In this document: positions 40,377 to 49,368 of the stretch, piece after piece
How the letters are laid out: the number at the start of each line of letters is the position of its first letter
How positions within the stretch are numbered: position 1 is the first letter of the stretch
Source of the DNA: Chloroflexota bacterium
GTDB lineage: Bacteria; Chloroflexota; Anaerolineae; Anaerolineales; UBA11858
Direction: 5' to 3'
NCBI GenBank assembly: GCA_011039385.1
Contig: DRBO01000099.1
Coordinates: forward strand, 1-50,816
Length of the DNA stretch: 50,816 bases
The notes under the pieces: model-generated
Database searches by the model: none
Seen by the model: only the letters and a program-made list of their open reading frames with translations
Told to the model about the DNA's origin: nothing
Made by a program: the position numbers and the translations under genes

Positions 40377-41339
40377 ATGACAGACCAGCAATTTCTGGTT
40401 GGGGATCTGAAGATCAAGGGGAATCTGGTCCTGGCCCCCATGGATGGTTACACAGATTGGCCGTTCCGGTCACTTTGCCGGGAGCTCGGTTCAGCGATCA
40501 GTTACACCGAATTCGTCAAAGCTGAGGATGTGCTCCAGCGTCCTCACTACATTCAAAACAAGATCCATTTCACCGAGAAAGAACGCCCGGTTTTTATCCA
40601 AGTCTACGGCAATCAGGCGGACGCGCTCCTGGAGGCAGCCCTGCAACTGCAAGAAACCGGCCCGGATGGGATTGACATCAATATGGGCTGCCCCAATCGC
40701 TCTATCGCCGGGCGGGGTGCTGGAGCGGGACTGATGCGCACCCCCCTGAAAGTCGTCCGGATCATGAAGACCTTGACCAGATCCCTTGACCTGCCCATCA
40801 CGGCCAAGATCCGTCTCGGCTGGCAAGACTGCCAAAACGGGATGCTTCTATCCCAAATCATTGAAGAATACGGTGGCTCTTTGGTCGCCGTGCACGCCCG
40901 CTCCAAGGAACAGGGACATGAAGGACAGCCAGACCTTTCCGCCCTGGCCGAGATCAAACAGGCTTTGGCGATTCCTGTCTTGGGCAATGGCGGGGTCCGC
41001 CGTGTCTCCGATATCGATGCCATGATCGAGACCACGGGCTGCGATGGAGTGATGATCGGTCGGGGAGCTGTGGCAAATCCCTGGATCTTCTCCCGGAGGG
41101 ACAGAGAAGAAATAGGACCTGCTGAGGTGCAGGAATTGCTGCTGGAGCACCTGGAGCGATCGCTTTCTTTTTACGGTCCTGAGAACGGCCTGGTATTGTT
41201 CCGCAAATTTGCGGCGGGCTACCTGAGTCCTTATGATCTGGATCCCAACAGGCGGAAAAAGATACTCACGGAAACAGACCCCGCCAAATTCAAGCTGCAA
41301 GTGAGGGGTTTTTTTGAGGAAATTGGGCAGGGGGATTAA
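40377..41339 (+). CDS. dus: tRNA-dihydrouridine synthase
   Basis: 320 aa. LAPMDGYTD, DINMGCP (catalytic Cys), AVHARS, GNGG. Starts 1 nt after the radA stop. Confidence 0.9.
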   Translation: MTDQQFLVGDLKIKGNLVLAPMDGYTDWPFRSLCRELGSAISYTEFVKAEDVLQRPHYIQNKIHFTEKERPVFIQVYGNQADALLEAALQLQETGPDGIDINMGCPNRSIAGRGAGAGLMRTPLKVVRIMKTLTRSLDLPITAKIRLGWQDCQNGMLLSQIIEEYGGSLVAVHARSKEQGHEGQPDLSALAEIKQALAIPVLGNGGVRRVSDIDAMIETTGCDGVMIGRGAVANPWIFSRRDREEIGPAEVQELLLEHLERSLSFYGPENGLVLFRKFAAGYLSPYDLDPNRRKKILTETDPAKFKLQVRGFFEEIGQGD

Positions 41340-41390
41340 ACAATCGGTTGAAAAAAGGGGGGAATGGCACAAGTCGATGAATACCAAATC

Positions 41391-41963
41391 TCAGCTCTGG
41401 TCTTTCACAAACTCAAACCAGGCTGATGGCTTCGATGATTCTTTCCCGTCTACCCGCCAGGCTAGCGTTAAGAATTCCCCCAGCTTGCCCAAATCAGCTT
41501 CAGAGGCGCCGTGCCCCGGACCCAAGCCCCGCCGCAAATGTGCATACAACAGAAGGCTTCCCCCTTCAACCAGGTGGGTACTGACATTGCGCGCATAGCT
41601 TTCAGCATCCGCGTCTGAAAAACCGTGAAAACAACCGATATCAAGGATTAAGTTGTACTCCCCTTGAAAGGAATCCGGAGAAAGAGCATCCCCCACGTGA
41701 AAATCTGTTACACCAGCCAGGCCTTTCCGGCGGGCTTTGCGCCTGGCGATCCGGATAGCCCGGGGCACATAATCGACCCCGGTTGCGAGCCAGCCATGTT
41801 CCGCCAGGGTGATCACATTGGTTCCCGTACCGCATCCCAGGTCCAGGGCTCTTCCGGGAGGATTATCTGCCAGGAATTGATACACCTCGGGAGGTGTGAT
41901 CCCGGTATCCCAGGGCGGATTACCAAACCAGTACTGAAATGTAAACAGGGCTTTCCGGGTCAT
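41391..41963 (-). CDS. Class I SAM-dependent methyltransferase (TPMT/TehB-like)
   Basis: Start at MTRKALF (ATG 41963), which avoids overlap with the HAD gene; 190 aa. Motif I ALDLGCGTGTN, ILDIGCFH. Confidence 0.8.
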   Translation of the reverse strand: MTRKALFTFQYWFGNPPWDTGITPPEVYQFLADNPPGRALDLGCGTGTNVITLAEHGWLATGVDYVPRAIRIARRKARRKGLAGVTDFHVGDALSPDSFQGEYNLILDIGCFHGFSDADAESYARNVSTHLVEGGSLLLYAHLRRGLGPGHGASEADLGKLGEFLTLAWRVDGKESSKPSAWFEFVKDQS

Positions 41964-41991
41964 ATTTTCCACTCCGAATCCTCGGGCTGGA

Positions 41992-42591
41992 TTATCCCGC
42001 CGTATCAAGATATTCAGCCAGCTCTGCCAGAGCTCCCTCGCGGGAGCGGAAATGCACCGCGTTCCATCCCTCTGCTCTGGCCGCCAGCACGTTTTCAATG
42101 AAATCATCCACAAAGACCAGCTCGGATGGCTCCTGGTTGAGTTCTGCGGATACTACCTGGTAGATCTTTGGGTCAGGTTTCGCAAGCCCCATCTCTGCCG
42201 AGATGAAGATATGATCAAAAATATCAGCGATCTTCCAAAACTTGACCAGCAGGGGACGAAGATCATCCCAGGCATTGCTTAACAAAGCTGTGGTATAGTC
42301 GCCACGTAATCCCCGGATGAATTCCACCAGTTTTCTATCCATCCGATCTCCGCCCCAAAACTCATCGCCAAATTCCTTGATAGCGTCTTCAGGCAAGCCC
42401 AGGCTTTTCATCACCGTCTTCTTATGGTCCTCAGCGCTGATCATGCCTTTCATGGCTTCTCTGGAGCCATACACATAGCTTTCCAGTTCTTCATAGGTCA
42501 TCCCCAAACTCTGGGCCAATCTGGTGCGTGGCCCCCGGTCCTCAGTTCGGAGCAGCACCCCACCCAGATCAAAAACGACAGTGTTAATCAT
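41992..42591 (-). CDS. HAD-superfamily hydrolase (subfamily IA)
   Basis: 199 aa. Motif I VVFDLGGVL, motif II LLSN, motif IV VFVDD. Confidence 0.85.
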   Translation of the reverse strand: MINTVVFDLGGVLLRTEDRGPRTRLAQSLGMTYEELESYVYGSREAMKGMISAEDHKKTVMKSLGLPEDAIKEFGDEFWGGDRMDRKLVEFIRGLRGDYTTALLSNAWDDLRPLLVKFWKIADIFDHIFISAEMGLAKPDPKIYQVVSAELNQEPSELVFVDDFIENVLAARAEGWNAVHFRSREGALAELAEYLDTAG

Positions 42592-42599
42592 GGATCTCC

Positions 42600-43631
42600 T
42601 TAGCCAATCCCTTCTGGATTCTCTCCCAGTTGGTTGACACTGATGTCATTCCCTTCACGGATCACTTTTTCATACAGATCATACTGGCGGTAAACATACA
42701 TACCCACCTTATAATAAAGGTCTGTAGCCCCGGTCAGGGACGCGGCATCCACGCTCAATTCCACACTCCGTTTCCCTCGACGGTAATATTCACCGAAAGC
42801 ATGCAGGAGCAGGGCCTGGGCCACTCCCTGGCGCCTCCAGGCCCGTTTTACGCCCAGGCTGGAGACATGACCAGCTTCATAGTCTCCGAAACTGTAGCGG
42901 CGGCAGAGGCAAATGGCGGCAATTTCTTCTCCAGTGCTTGCCAGAAACCACAGGCTGGGATCATAGGAATCGTCTCCGGTCATGTGGTGCATGAACCTCT
43001 CGAATCCCCTCTCAGGGTCTTCCTTGACAAAACCAAAATGATCCTGGAAGACTTCCTCGTCTACCTCATAGACCAAGCGAGCATCTTCCTCTGGATTATA
43101 AGTCTTCAGGTGAATCCCCTCTGGCCAGATTGGGGCGGAAGGCATCTCCTCCATATCGATCCGCATCCGGAAGCCGTGCCTGATCTGCTTAAACCCTGCT
43201 CTCAGCAACGCCTGGCTGGATGATTTAACCAGAGATAGGGGATTGCAGCGCATGGCAACTCGCAGCTCCGGTGCCACTCTATCAACAGCCTGCATGGCAC
43301 GCCCTTCAGCCCATTCCAGGAGGTAATCTTCCAGGCCCAGGTCCTCATATTCCGGATCCACCGTCATCCAAACAAAAGGATGAATGGGAGGATCAGCCTC
43401 ATCCCATACTTCTACCAGAGCAACCAGGATACCATCCTGGTTCTTGATCAAGGTCACGCTCTTTTCTGGTTCAAAGCCGGGGGATTGATAAGCATTTATT
43501 AATAGCTCAAGAGTTATCCCTTGTTCGTCCAGATAATGCAGTGTTTTCTTTCCCTCCAGGCGGTGGATTTCAGGTAAATCCTCCATCCCCGCCTGGCTGG
43601 CAGTAAAGTCCTCGGGTAATTTATATTTCAT
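42600..43631 (-). CDS. Two-domain GNAT N-acetyltransferase (MshD-like architecture)
   Basis: Start at MKYKLPED (ATG 43631), 16 nt after the MFS stop; 343 aa. C-terminal GNAT motif A LGVKRAWRRQGVAQALL. Confidence 0.8.
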   Translation of the reverse strand: MKYKLPEDFTASQAGMEDLPEIHRLEGKKTLHYLDEQGITLELLINAYQSPGFEPEKSVTLIKNQDGILVALVEVWDEADPPIHPFVWMTVDPEYEDLGLEDYLLEWAEGRAMQAVDRVAPELRVAMRCNPLSLVKSSSQALLRAGFKQIRHGFRMRIDMEEMPSAPIWPEGIHLKTYNPEEDARLVYEVDEEVFQDHFGFVKEDPERGFERFMHHMTGDDSYDPSLWFLASTGEEIAAICLCRRYSFGDYEAGHVSSLGVKRAWRRQGVAQALLLHAFGEYYRRGKRSVELSVDAASLTGATDLYYKVGMYVYRQYDLYEKVIREGNDISVNQLGENPEGIG

Positions 43632-43647
43632 GTTTCTCTTCCCTATT

Positions 43648-44910
43648 CTAACCGGTTTCCAAACCGGGTCTGCTTTTCGGAGCCATATGACCACGTTCAT
43701 GGTCATTCCGCAGCCATAAGAAACCTGCGGTGGCCACCATGCCAAGAATGGCGCTGCCATACCAGATCCAGTTGGGATCTCCGTTGTCCATGATCAAACC
43801 AGCCAGCAGCGGCCCGATCATCCAGGGGATCATCCAGGAAAAGCCCATCACACCTGAATAGCGCCCCCGCATATCCTCCGGTGCCGCCTTTCCTACATAA
43901 GCCTGGGCAACCGGGATGATCACCATTTCACCCACAGTGATGATCGCCATCGCCAGCATAAAGAGGATGTAAACCTCCACAAACCCGTACATGCCAAAGC
44001 CGATCACATACAGCAGGGAACCCAAGGCCAGGATCAGCATGGGCGGCTTATCAGAGATCCTGCGTGTGATCATGAACTGGAACAGCACCACCATCCCGGC
44101 ATTGAGGGTCATCAGCCAGCCATAACCCGACTCTGGAATCCCGTGCACATCCCGTAGATAAACCGACAGGGTGCTGTACATCTGGGAATAGACCAGGGTC
44201 GCGATGGTGGAGATCACCATGAAGAGCATGAACTTGCGATCCTTTAACACGGCACTGTAGCCGACAAAAGTATCCTTGAAGTTCTTCCGCTCTCCAATTT
44301 TCTCTACCTCTTCCGGTTTGGTCTCTTCCACGACCAGATACACCAGCAGGGCTGTGATCAGGCTGGTCACTGTGTCCGCGACAAACAGGATCAGGTAGGA
44401 GTAGGCGGCGATAAATCCACCAATGGCAGGGCCGATCGCCACCGAGAGGTTCATGGCCACTCGCATCACGCCAAAACCTTCCGAGCGCTTTTTCTCAGGC
44501 AGGATATCAATTAACATCGCCTCATGAGCCGGACTGGCTGCCGTAGCGAACAGGCCGGAGATTGCGCCCATCACATAGAACCATTCCAGCTGCTGGACCA
44601 GGCCCATCCCCAGACTTGTCAGACCGCTGATGACCAGGCCGAGGATGATCATGGTCTTGCGGCCCAAGTAATCGGTCATGGCGCCTCCGACCATATTGCC
44701 GAGCATATCCGTGACTGAAAACAGGGCAAACAGCAGGCCCACTTCCGTCATCCCCACATCGAATTTTTGAGTGATGTACAGGGCAAAGAAGGGGAAGATC
44801 AAAGCTCCTCCAATGCGGTCAATGAAGTTAGAACCTACAATCACCCAGAACTGCCTGGGGTATTCTTGGTAAATTGATTTTGTTCTTTCAATCGTATTGC
44901 TGAACAACAT
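43648..44910 (-). CDS. MFS transporter (12 TM, drug:H+ antiporter-like)
   Basis: 420 aa. MFS motif A GGAMTDYLGRKTM between TM2 and TM3, and 12 hydrophobic segments by eye. Confidence 0.88.
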   Translation of the reverse strand: MLFSNTIERTKSIYQEYPRQFWVIVGSNFIDRIGGALIFPFFALYITQKFDVGMTEVGLLFALFSVTDMLGNMVGGAMTDYLGRKTMIILGLVISGLTSLGMGLVQQLEWFYVMGAISGLFATAASPAHEAMLIDILPEKKRSEGFGVMRVAMNLSVAIGPAIGGFIAAYSYLILFVADTVTSLITALLVYLVVEETKPEEVEKIGERKNFKDTFVGYSAVLKDRKFMLFMVISTIATLVYSQMYSTLSVYLRDVHGIPESGYGWLMTLNAGMVVLFQFMITRRISDKPPMLILALGSLLYVIGFGMYGFVEVYILFMLAMAIITVGEMVIIPVAQAYVGKAAPEDMRGRYSGVMGFSWMIPWMIGPLLAGLIMDNGDPNWIWYGSAILGMVATAGFLWLRNDHERGHMAPKSRPGLETG

Positions 44911-44952
44911 TGCTTAATTCCTTACTAATTCATTCCTTGATGACTGCCTGTT

Positions 44953-44986
44953 AAAGAAAACAGGCCGCGGGAGAACCCGCGACCTG
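44953..44986 (-). terminator. Second intrinsic terminator in the MFS leader
   Basis: Minus strand: CAGGTCGCGGG-TTCT-CCCGCGGCCTG (11 bp, one G-U pair) followed by TTTTCTTT. Ends 42 nt before the MFS ATG. Confidence 0.5.
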
Positions 44987-44997
44987 ATCCGATTAAG

Positions 44998-45030
44998 AAA
45001 AAAAGCCCCGGGGACTGTTGTTCCCGGAGC
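44998..45030 (-). terminator. First intrinsic terminator in the MFS leader
   Basis: Minus strand: GCTCCGGGAAC-AACA-GTCCCCGGGGC (11 positions, with one mismatch and one wobble) followed by seven T. Confidence 0.6.
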
Positions 45031-45057
45031 AGCAGAGATGTCAATAATTAAACATGC

Positions 45058-45132
45058 TCAAACGGCGGGAACCCTCCCAGACAGTTCTGCGCATCCGCAG
45101 ATAATTACTTGTTCACCATTGAGCATGTTCAT
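45058..45132 (-). CDS. Candidate 24-codon leader peptide (MNMLNGEQVIICGCAELSGRVPAV)
   Basis: ATG at 45132 is preceded by AAGGAAG SD (45145-45139) with a 6-nt spacer. It lies between the promoter and the terminators. It is too short for the ORF track, so coding status is unproven. Confidence 0.3.
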   Translation of the reverse strand: MNMLNGEQVIICGCAELSGRVPAV

Positions 45133-45167
45133 AAAACGCTTCCTTGTTCTTTACTTGACCGGGGGGT

Positions 45168-45196
45168 AGTGTATCACCACCTAAAGTGAAGGTCAA
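45168..45196 (-). promoter_or_regulatory. Candidate sigma70-type promoter for the leader/MFS operon
   Basis: Minus strand: TTGACC (45196-45191), 17-nt spacer, TACACT (45173-45168). Confidence 0.5.
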
Positions 45197-45391
45197 GAGG
45201 GAGTTTGCTCAATTCCTTGACTGAGGGAGTATGGTAAAGCAGGAGGATTTCTGCTCTATTAATCAAAGATAAGAAAAATGCCCTGATATCATATACTGCA
45301 CATCTCCCCATGGTATGATACATTTTTATCATGAGAGACAGGATTGCGGCCATTAACGCCAGCAGGCCCAAATTAGAGAGGAAATATCCCT

Positions 45392-46030
45392 GTGAGTGAT
45401 TTCGTGCTGAACAAAGACCAGGAGCCCCTGGAAAGGCGGGGCGCTGAACTGCGCTCCGGTCTCTTGTCCATGGAACCAGAACAGCTAGCCGCTTTGACAG
45501 AAACCGAGCTAAAAGGCGTTGGGCGGGAGAGGTTCTTTAGCTTTTCCTACTGGGGGAAACCAGTTGAATTGTCCTGTCAGGACTATATCGCCAGGGACCA
45601 GGAAAGCCGGGGGGCGCTGCCCCCAGTTCACCAAGCGATGATCCTGTATTATTTTTTTTCCTCCCAGGGCTCAACGCAACCCGGAAAATGGATCTCGTTC
45701 TCTGAGCTGGCGGACGGGAAGTTCTACAACGCCGCATTTCAAGGTTACACATCCAAAGTTCTCCTCCGGCATTTTAAGGACGACTATGCGGCCTTCAACC
45801 GGGCCAATCTGGACCTGGGTGGAGAAAAGACCAGCTTTGGTGATGGCGCCTACCGTTATCAGATCCTACCCAAAGTAGCCATGCTGCTGGTCCATTGGCA
45901 GGGGGATGACGAATTTCCTCCTTCCTATAAGATACTTTTTGAGGATATCGTAGATTATCATTTACCGACCGATGCCTGCGCGATCCTGGCCAGCATGCTG
46001 ACCGGAAAACTCATTGCTGGAGCATCATAG
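45392..46030 (+). CDS. Uncharacterised protein, possibly DUF3786-like (recollection only)
   Basis: 212 aa with a GTG start and GAGAGGAAA SD. I recall similar proteins next to corrinoid/CODH-ACS genes. No catalytic motif recognised. Confidence 0.65.
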   Translation: MSDFVLNKDQEPLERRGAELRSGLLSMEPEQLAALTETELKGVGRERFFSFSYWGKPVELSCQDYIARDQESRGALPPVHQAMILYYFFSSQGSTQPGKWISFSELADGKFYNAAFQGYTSKVLLRHFKDDYAAFNRANLDLGGEKTSFGDGAYRYQILPKVAMLLVHWQGDDEFPPSYKILFEDIVDYHLPTDACAILASMLTGKLIAGAS

Positions 46031-46059
46031 ACCCTGGAGACCGGGGTGAGGAGATTTTT

Positions 46060-46854
46060 ATGAAATTGGCAATCAGTGGAAAAGGTGGTGTTGGAAAAAC
46101 CACCCTCTCAGCCCTCTTGGCCCAATACTATGCAGACCAGGGAAAGGATGTGCTGGCAGTGGATGCAGACCCCTCGCCCTGCCTGGCAGGAGCGCTGGGT
46201 TTGCCCGATGACCTGCAAGCAAAGCTCAGCCCGATTGCTGAAATGGATGCCTTGATCGAAGAGCGAACCGGTGCCAAACCGGGCACGACCGGTGGCTTTT
46301 TCACCCTCAATCCCCGCGTGGATGATCTGCCCGAGCGCTTCAGCGTCAAATACCGCGACGTCCGCTTGCTGGAAATGGGCAGCGTTGACCTGGGCGGTTC
46401 CGGCTGCATCTGCCCCGAGAGCGCCATGTTGAAGACACTCTTCACCCATCTGCTTTTCCGCGACGACGAGGTGCTGATAATCGATATGTACGCGGGCGTG
46501 GAGCATCTGGGTCGAGCGACGGTGGATTTTGTGGATGCCATGATCATCGTGGTCGAGCCCACTCAGCGCAGCCTGGGCACAGCCGCTCAGATCAAAAATC
46601 TCTCCAAGGATATCGGTCTCACCCGGCTCTGGCTGGTAGGGAATAAAGTCCGTACCGAAGAAGAGAAGAGCTTCCTAGAAGAGAATTCTCCCGGCCTGCC
46701 TCTCCTGGGCACTCTGCCCATGGACCTGGGCGTCCTGGACGCTGATCGTCTGGGAGAACCGGTTTATGACCATGTGCCCTCTTTGAAATCTGCGGCGGAA
46801 GAGATCGCGGAAATTTTATGGGAACCTTATCCTGAAGAATATATAGAGGAGTAA
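46060..46854 (+). CDS. cooC: CooC/AcsF-family Ni-insertion ATPase (MinD/ParA-type P-loop)
   Basis: 264 aa. Deviant Walker A SGKGGVGKTT, and the CxC metal-binding motif GSGCICPES characteristic of CooC. Confidence 0.85.
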   Translation: MKLAISGKGGVGKTTLSALLAQYYADQGKDVLAVDADPSPCLAGALGLPDDLQAKLSPIAEMDALIEERTGAKPGTTGGFFTLNPRVDDLPERFSVKYRDVRLLEMGSVDLGGSGCICPESAMLKTLFTHLLFRDDEVLIIDMYAGVEHLGRATVDFVDAMIIVVEPTQRSLGTAAQIKNLSKDIGLTRLWLVGNKVRTEEEKSFLEENSPGLPLLGTLPMDLGVLDADRLGEPVYDHVPSLKSAAEEIAEILWEPYPEEYIEE

Positions 46855-46862
46855 CACTTTTT

Positions 46863-47654
46863 ATGACCACCACAATTGCCCTGGCGGGAAAGGGCGGTAC
46901 TGGAAAAACCACCGTATCCGCCATGATTATCAAATATTTGATCAACAAGGGAAAAGGGCCTATCCTGGCCATCGACGCTGATCCCAGCGCGAACCTGAAC
47001 ATGGTCCTGGGAGTTGATCTCGAATGTACCATTGGGGGCATCCGCGAGGATTTGCTCAAACAGGTTCAGGGTTCACAGAATGTAACCGGTGCTGCCCGCG
47101 GCAGTATCGCTGGCGGGATGTCGAAACACGATTACCTGGATTATGAGATCCATTCCTCGCTGACCGAAAGCGACAAGTTTGACCTGATTGCCATGGGCCG
47201 CTCTGAGGGGCCTGGCTGCTACTGTGCAGTGAACCATAACCTGCGGGAAATCCTCGACTCACTCAGCCACAACTATCCCTATGTTGTGATGGACAACGAA
47301 GCCGGCATGGAGCACCTCAGCCGCAGGACCACCGAAGACGTGGATCACCTCTTTATCATCAGCGGGCCCACCCAGCGGGGGCTGGCCGCGGCGGCCGGTA
47401 TCGTCGATCTCAAGGATGAGCTGGCAATCAGGATCAAGAACTCCTACTTCATCCTCAACCGCGTCCCCGGAGAAATCCACCCTGCGCTGCAGGAAGGCAT
47501 CGAACAGCTCGGTGTTCCTTTCCTGGGCCCCGTGCCAGCAGATAATAACGTGATGGAATATGACTTCAACGGCAGACCGCTGCTTGAGCTGGAAGATGAT
47601 TCCCCAATTTACCAGGCGGTCGCTGCCATGATGGACGAGGTTTTGGGTCTTTGA
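46863..47654 (+). CDS. Second CooC/AcsF-family Ni-insertion ATPase
   Basis: 263 aa. AGKGGTGKTT Walker A and CxC motif GPGCYCAVN. It is clearly diverged from the first copy. Confidence 0.85.
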   Translation: MTTTIALAGKGGTGKTTVSAMIIKYLINKGKGPILAIDADPSANLNMVLGVDLECTIGGIREDLLKQVQGSQNVTGAARGSIAGGMSKHDYLDYEIHSSLTESDKFDLIAMGRSEGPGCYCAVNHNLREILDSLSHNYPYVVMDNEAGMEHLSRRTTEDVDHLFIISGPTQRGLAAAAGIVDLKDELAIRIKNSYFILNRVPGEIHPALQEGIEQLGVPFLGPVPADNNVMEYDFNGRPLLELEDDSPIYQAVAAMMDEVLGL

Positions 47655-47722
47655 GATACCAGGTCTCTTAAGATATGAGGTCATTTAAAGGATGCGAGGG
47701 TTTTATTACTGGATCCCGCATC

Positions 47723-48889
47723 CTACAGGCCGCAGTACAGAACCGCTGTCGCTGCCAGGATCTCTGCCAAATCATATACAGAATTCAAATCCACCCATTC
47801 CTCTGCGCTGTGAAGTCCTGCACCGACCGGGCCGATCAGCACAGCTTCCACCCCTTTTTCGGACAGCAGAGCGGCATCAGTCCAGTAGGCTGCCCCACTG
47901 ATCTCCGGCGGGCTATCCATGACCTTGGAATAGGCCTTGATTAACGCTTCTATCACTCCTGAATCCGGACTGGTATTCAGGGGAGCGCGCTGGGCAACCA
48001 GTCTCAGACAGGCTTTGAAGTCCTGGTCCTGCTCGCGAAGCCGGTCCAGCATCACTTGAATTTCCTCCCTGATCCCGATTTCAGTTTCCCCTTCTACCGT
48101 CCTTCTTTCAATGCTTACTTTGCAGCGAGGGGGATAGGTGCACATATCAGATCCCCCTTCGATCAGGGAAGTGTGGACAGATGGTGGACCAGTCAGTGGA
48201 TGTCCAGGGCGCTTGATCAATTCCTGGCTGTAACTCTCCAATTCAACCAGGAAACGACCCATCATGAGGATTGCGTCCCGCCCATCCTGGTAGCGGCTGC
48301 CATGGGCAGCCCGGCCTTCCACCTCCACCTCGTACCAGATCCAGCCCCGATGGGCGGCGACCACTTTCAAGTCTGTGGGTTCAGTGACAATAGCCCCGTC
48401 CGCCCTGATTTCCTGGATCAGTTCGATCGTTCCCAAGCTCTGGTTCTCCTCATCCGCTACAGCTGTGAAAATTAAATCACCTTCCAGGGAAATACCATCA
48501 TCGACCAAGGCTTTGATCGCTCCCAGCATAGCAGCCAGGCTTCCCTTCATATCCTGGCTGCCGCGGCCATACAGCCGGCCCTCCCGAATCTCTCCAGAAA
48601 AAGGTTCCGGCATTTCATCCACACCAACCGTGTCCATATGTCCATTCAAGATCAACGATCGCCCCCCTCCCTTCCCAGGAAGCACCCCCACCACGTTGAC
48701 CCGGCCTGGGGCCAGAGGATAAATCTTCACCTGCAGCCCTAATTCCTTCAGTATCCGGGCAATATCTTCCCCGATTATCACTTCTCCGGGACCGTCCTCC
48801 ACCATGGCTGGGTTTCGGGAATCAGTCTGGACAAAATGAACTAAGATATCTTTAATAAAATCCCGGTCAATAGAAAATTCCATATCCAC
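47723..48889 (-). CDS. M20-family metallopeptidase/deacylase (ArgE/DapE-like)
   Basis: 388 aa. LILNGHMDTV, ADEE, dimerisation-domain region, SGAAYWTDA. A hairpin GGATGCG...CGCATCC (47690-47723) lies immediately downstream. Confidence 0.85.
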   Translation of the reverse strand: MDMEFSIDRDFIKDILVHFVQTDSRNPAMVEDGPGEVIIGEDIARILKELGLQVKIYPLAPGRVNVVGVLPGKGGGRSLILNGHMDTVGVDEMPEPFSGEIREGRLYGRGSQDMKGSLAAMLGAIKALVDDGISLEGDLIFTAVADEENQSLGTIELIQEIRADGAIVTEPTDLKVVAAHRGWIWYEVEVEGRAAHGSRYQDGRDAILMMGRFLVELESYSQELIKRPGHPLTGPPSVHTSLIEGGSDMCTYPPRCKVSIERRTVEGETEIGIREEIQVMLDRLREQDQDFKACLRLVAQRAPLNTSPDSGVIEALIKAYSKVMDSPPEISGAAYWTDAALLSEKGVEAVLIGPVGAGLHSAEEWVDLNSVYDLAEILAATAVLYCGL

Positions 48890-49023
48890 TCTCCACTAAC
48901 AAATGAGTGCCAAACAATTCATTTATACACCAAACCAGTCGGATGAGATTTTGTTCGAGGCTGAGCAGTGAGTTCTTTCCCCCAAAACCCGGATGTTAGA
49001 CCAGCCCAGGGAGAGATCAAGAC

Positions 49024-49052
49024 AAAATAAATAACCCCCTGGTGGGGGTTAT
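49024..49052 (-). terminator. Intrinsic terminator after the NifU-like gene
   Basis: Minus strand: ATAACCCCC-ACCA-GGGGGTTAT followed by TTATTTT. A second hairpin, CTTCCTGAT/ATCAGGAAG, lies at 49076-49101. Confidence 0.45.
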
Positions 49053-49122
49053 GATAATCGGCTGGGCTGAAGGACTTCCTGATAGTCGGGAATCAGGAAG
49101 ACTGCTTCTTGAAAAGAGTTGG

Positions 49123-49368
49123 CTAATCGGCAGCTTCTACGGTGACGTCGGGGAAAAACTGGTGGATAGTGCCCTGAACCCAGCCTTTCAACGTTGCGGT
49201 TGAAAGTGGGCAGCCACTGCAAGACCCGCCGAGCCGGATCTTAACCACATCGTCCTCAAAAGACACGAATTCAGCTGATCCACCATGGTATTGTTCAATG
49301 TAAGCGCTGATGTTCTCAATAAGATTTTGCATCTGTTCAGTTCGTAGATTTTTCTGGACTTCTTTCAT
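49123..49368 (-). CDS. NifU C-terminal-domain (Nfu-like) Fe-S scaffold/carrier protein
   Basis: 81 aa from ATG 49368 (GGAGG SD 6 nt upstream). CxxC motif GGSCSGCPLSTATLK. Confidence 0.8.
   Translation of the reverse strand: MKEVQKNLRTEQMQNLIENISAYIEQYHGGSAEFVSFEDDVVKIRLGGSCSGCPLSTATLKGWVQGTIHQFFPDVTVEAAD

Noticed and set aside
39733-43223. Antisense ORFs 39733..40245, 40848..41387, 41664..42101 and 42630..43223
   Set aside because: They are embedded in radA, dus, the methyltransferase and the GNAT gene, with no independent support.
44911-45196. Assignment of the MFS leader to a known riboswitch class (guanidine ykkC/mini-ykkC, ZTP, THF, and others)
   Set aside because: I could not find the conserved nucleotides of those classes by eye, so it is left as an unclassified attenuator candidate. 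The 11-bp inverted repeats could also suggest a MITE. However, I saw no target-site duplication and no second copy in the window.
45174-45371. 65-aa minus-strand ORF upstream of the MFS leader
   Set aside because: It has no SD, a hydrophobic low-information sequence, and overlaps the proposed promoter. Kept as non-coding intergenic sequence.
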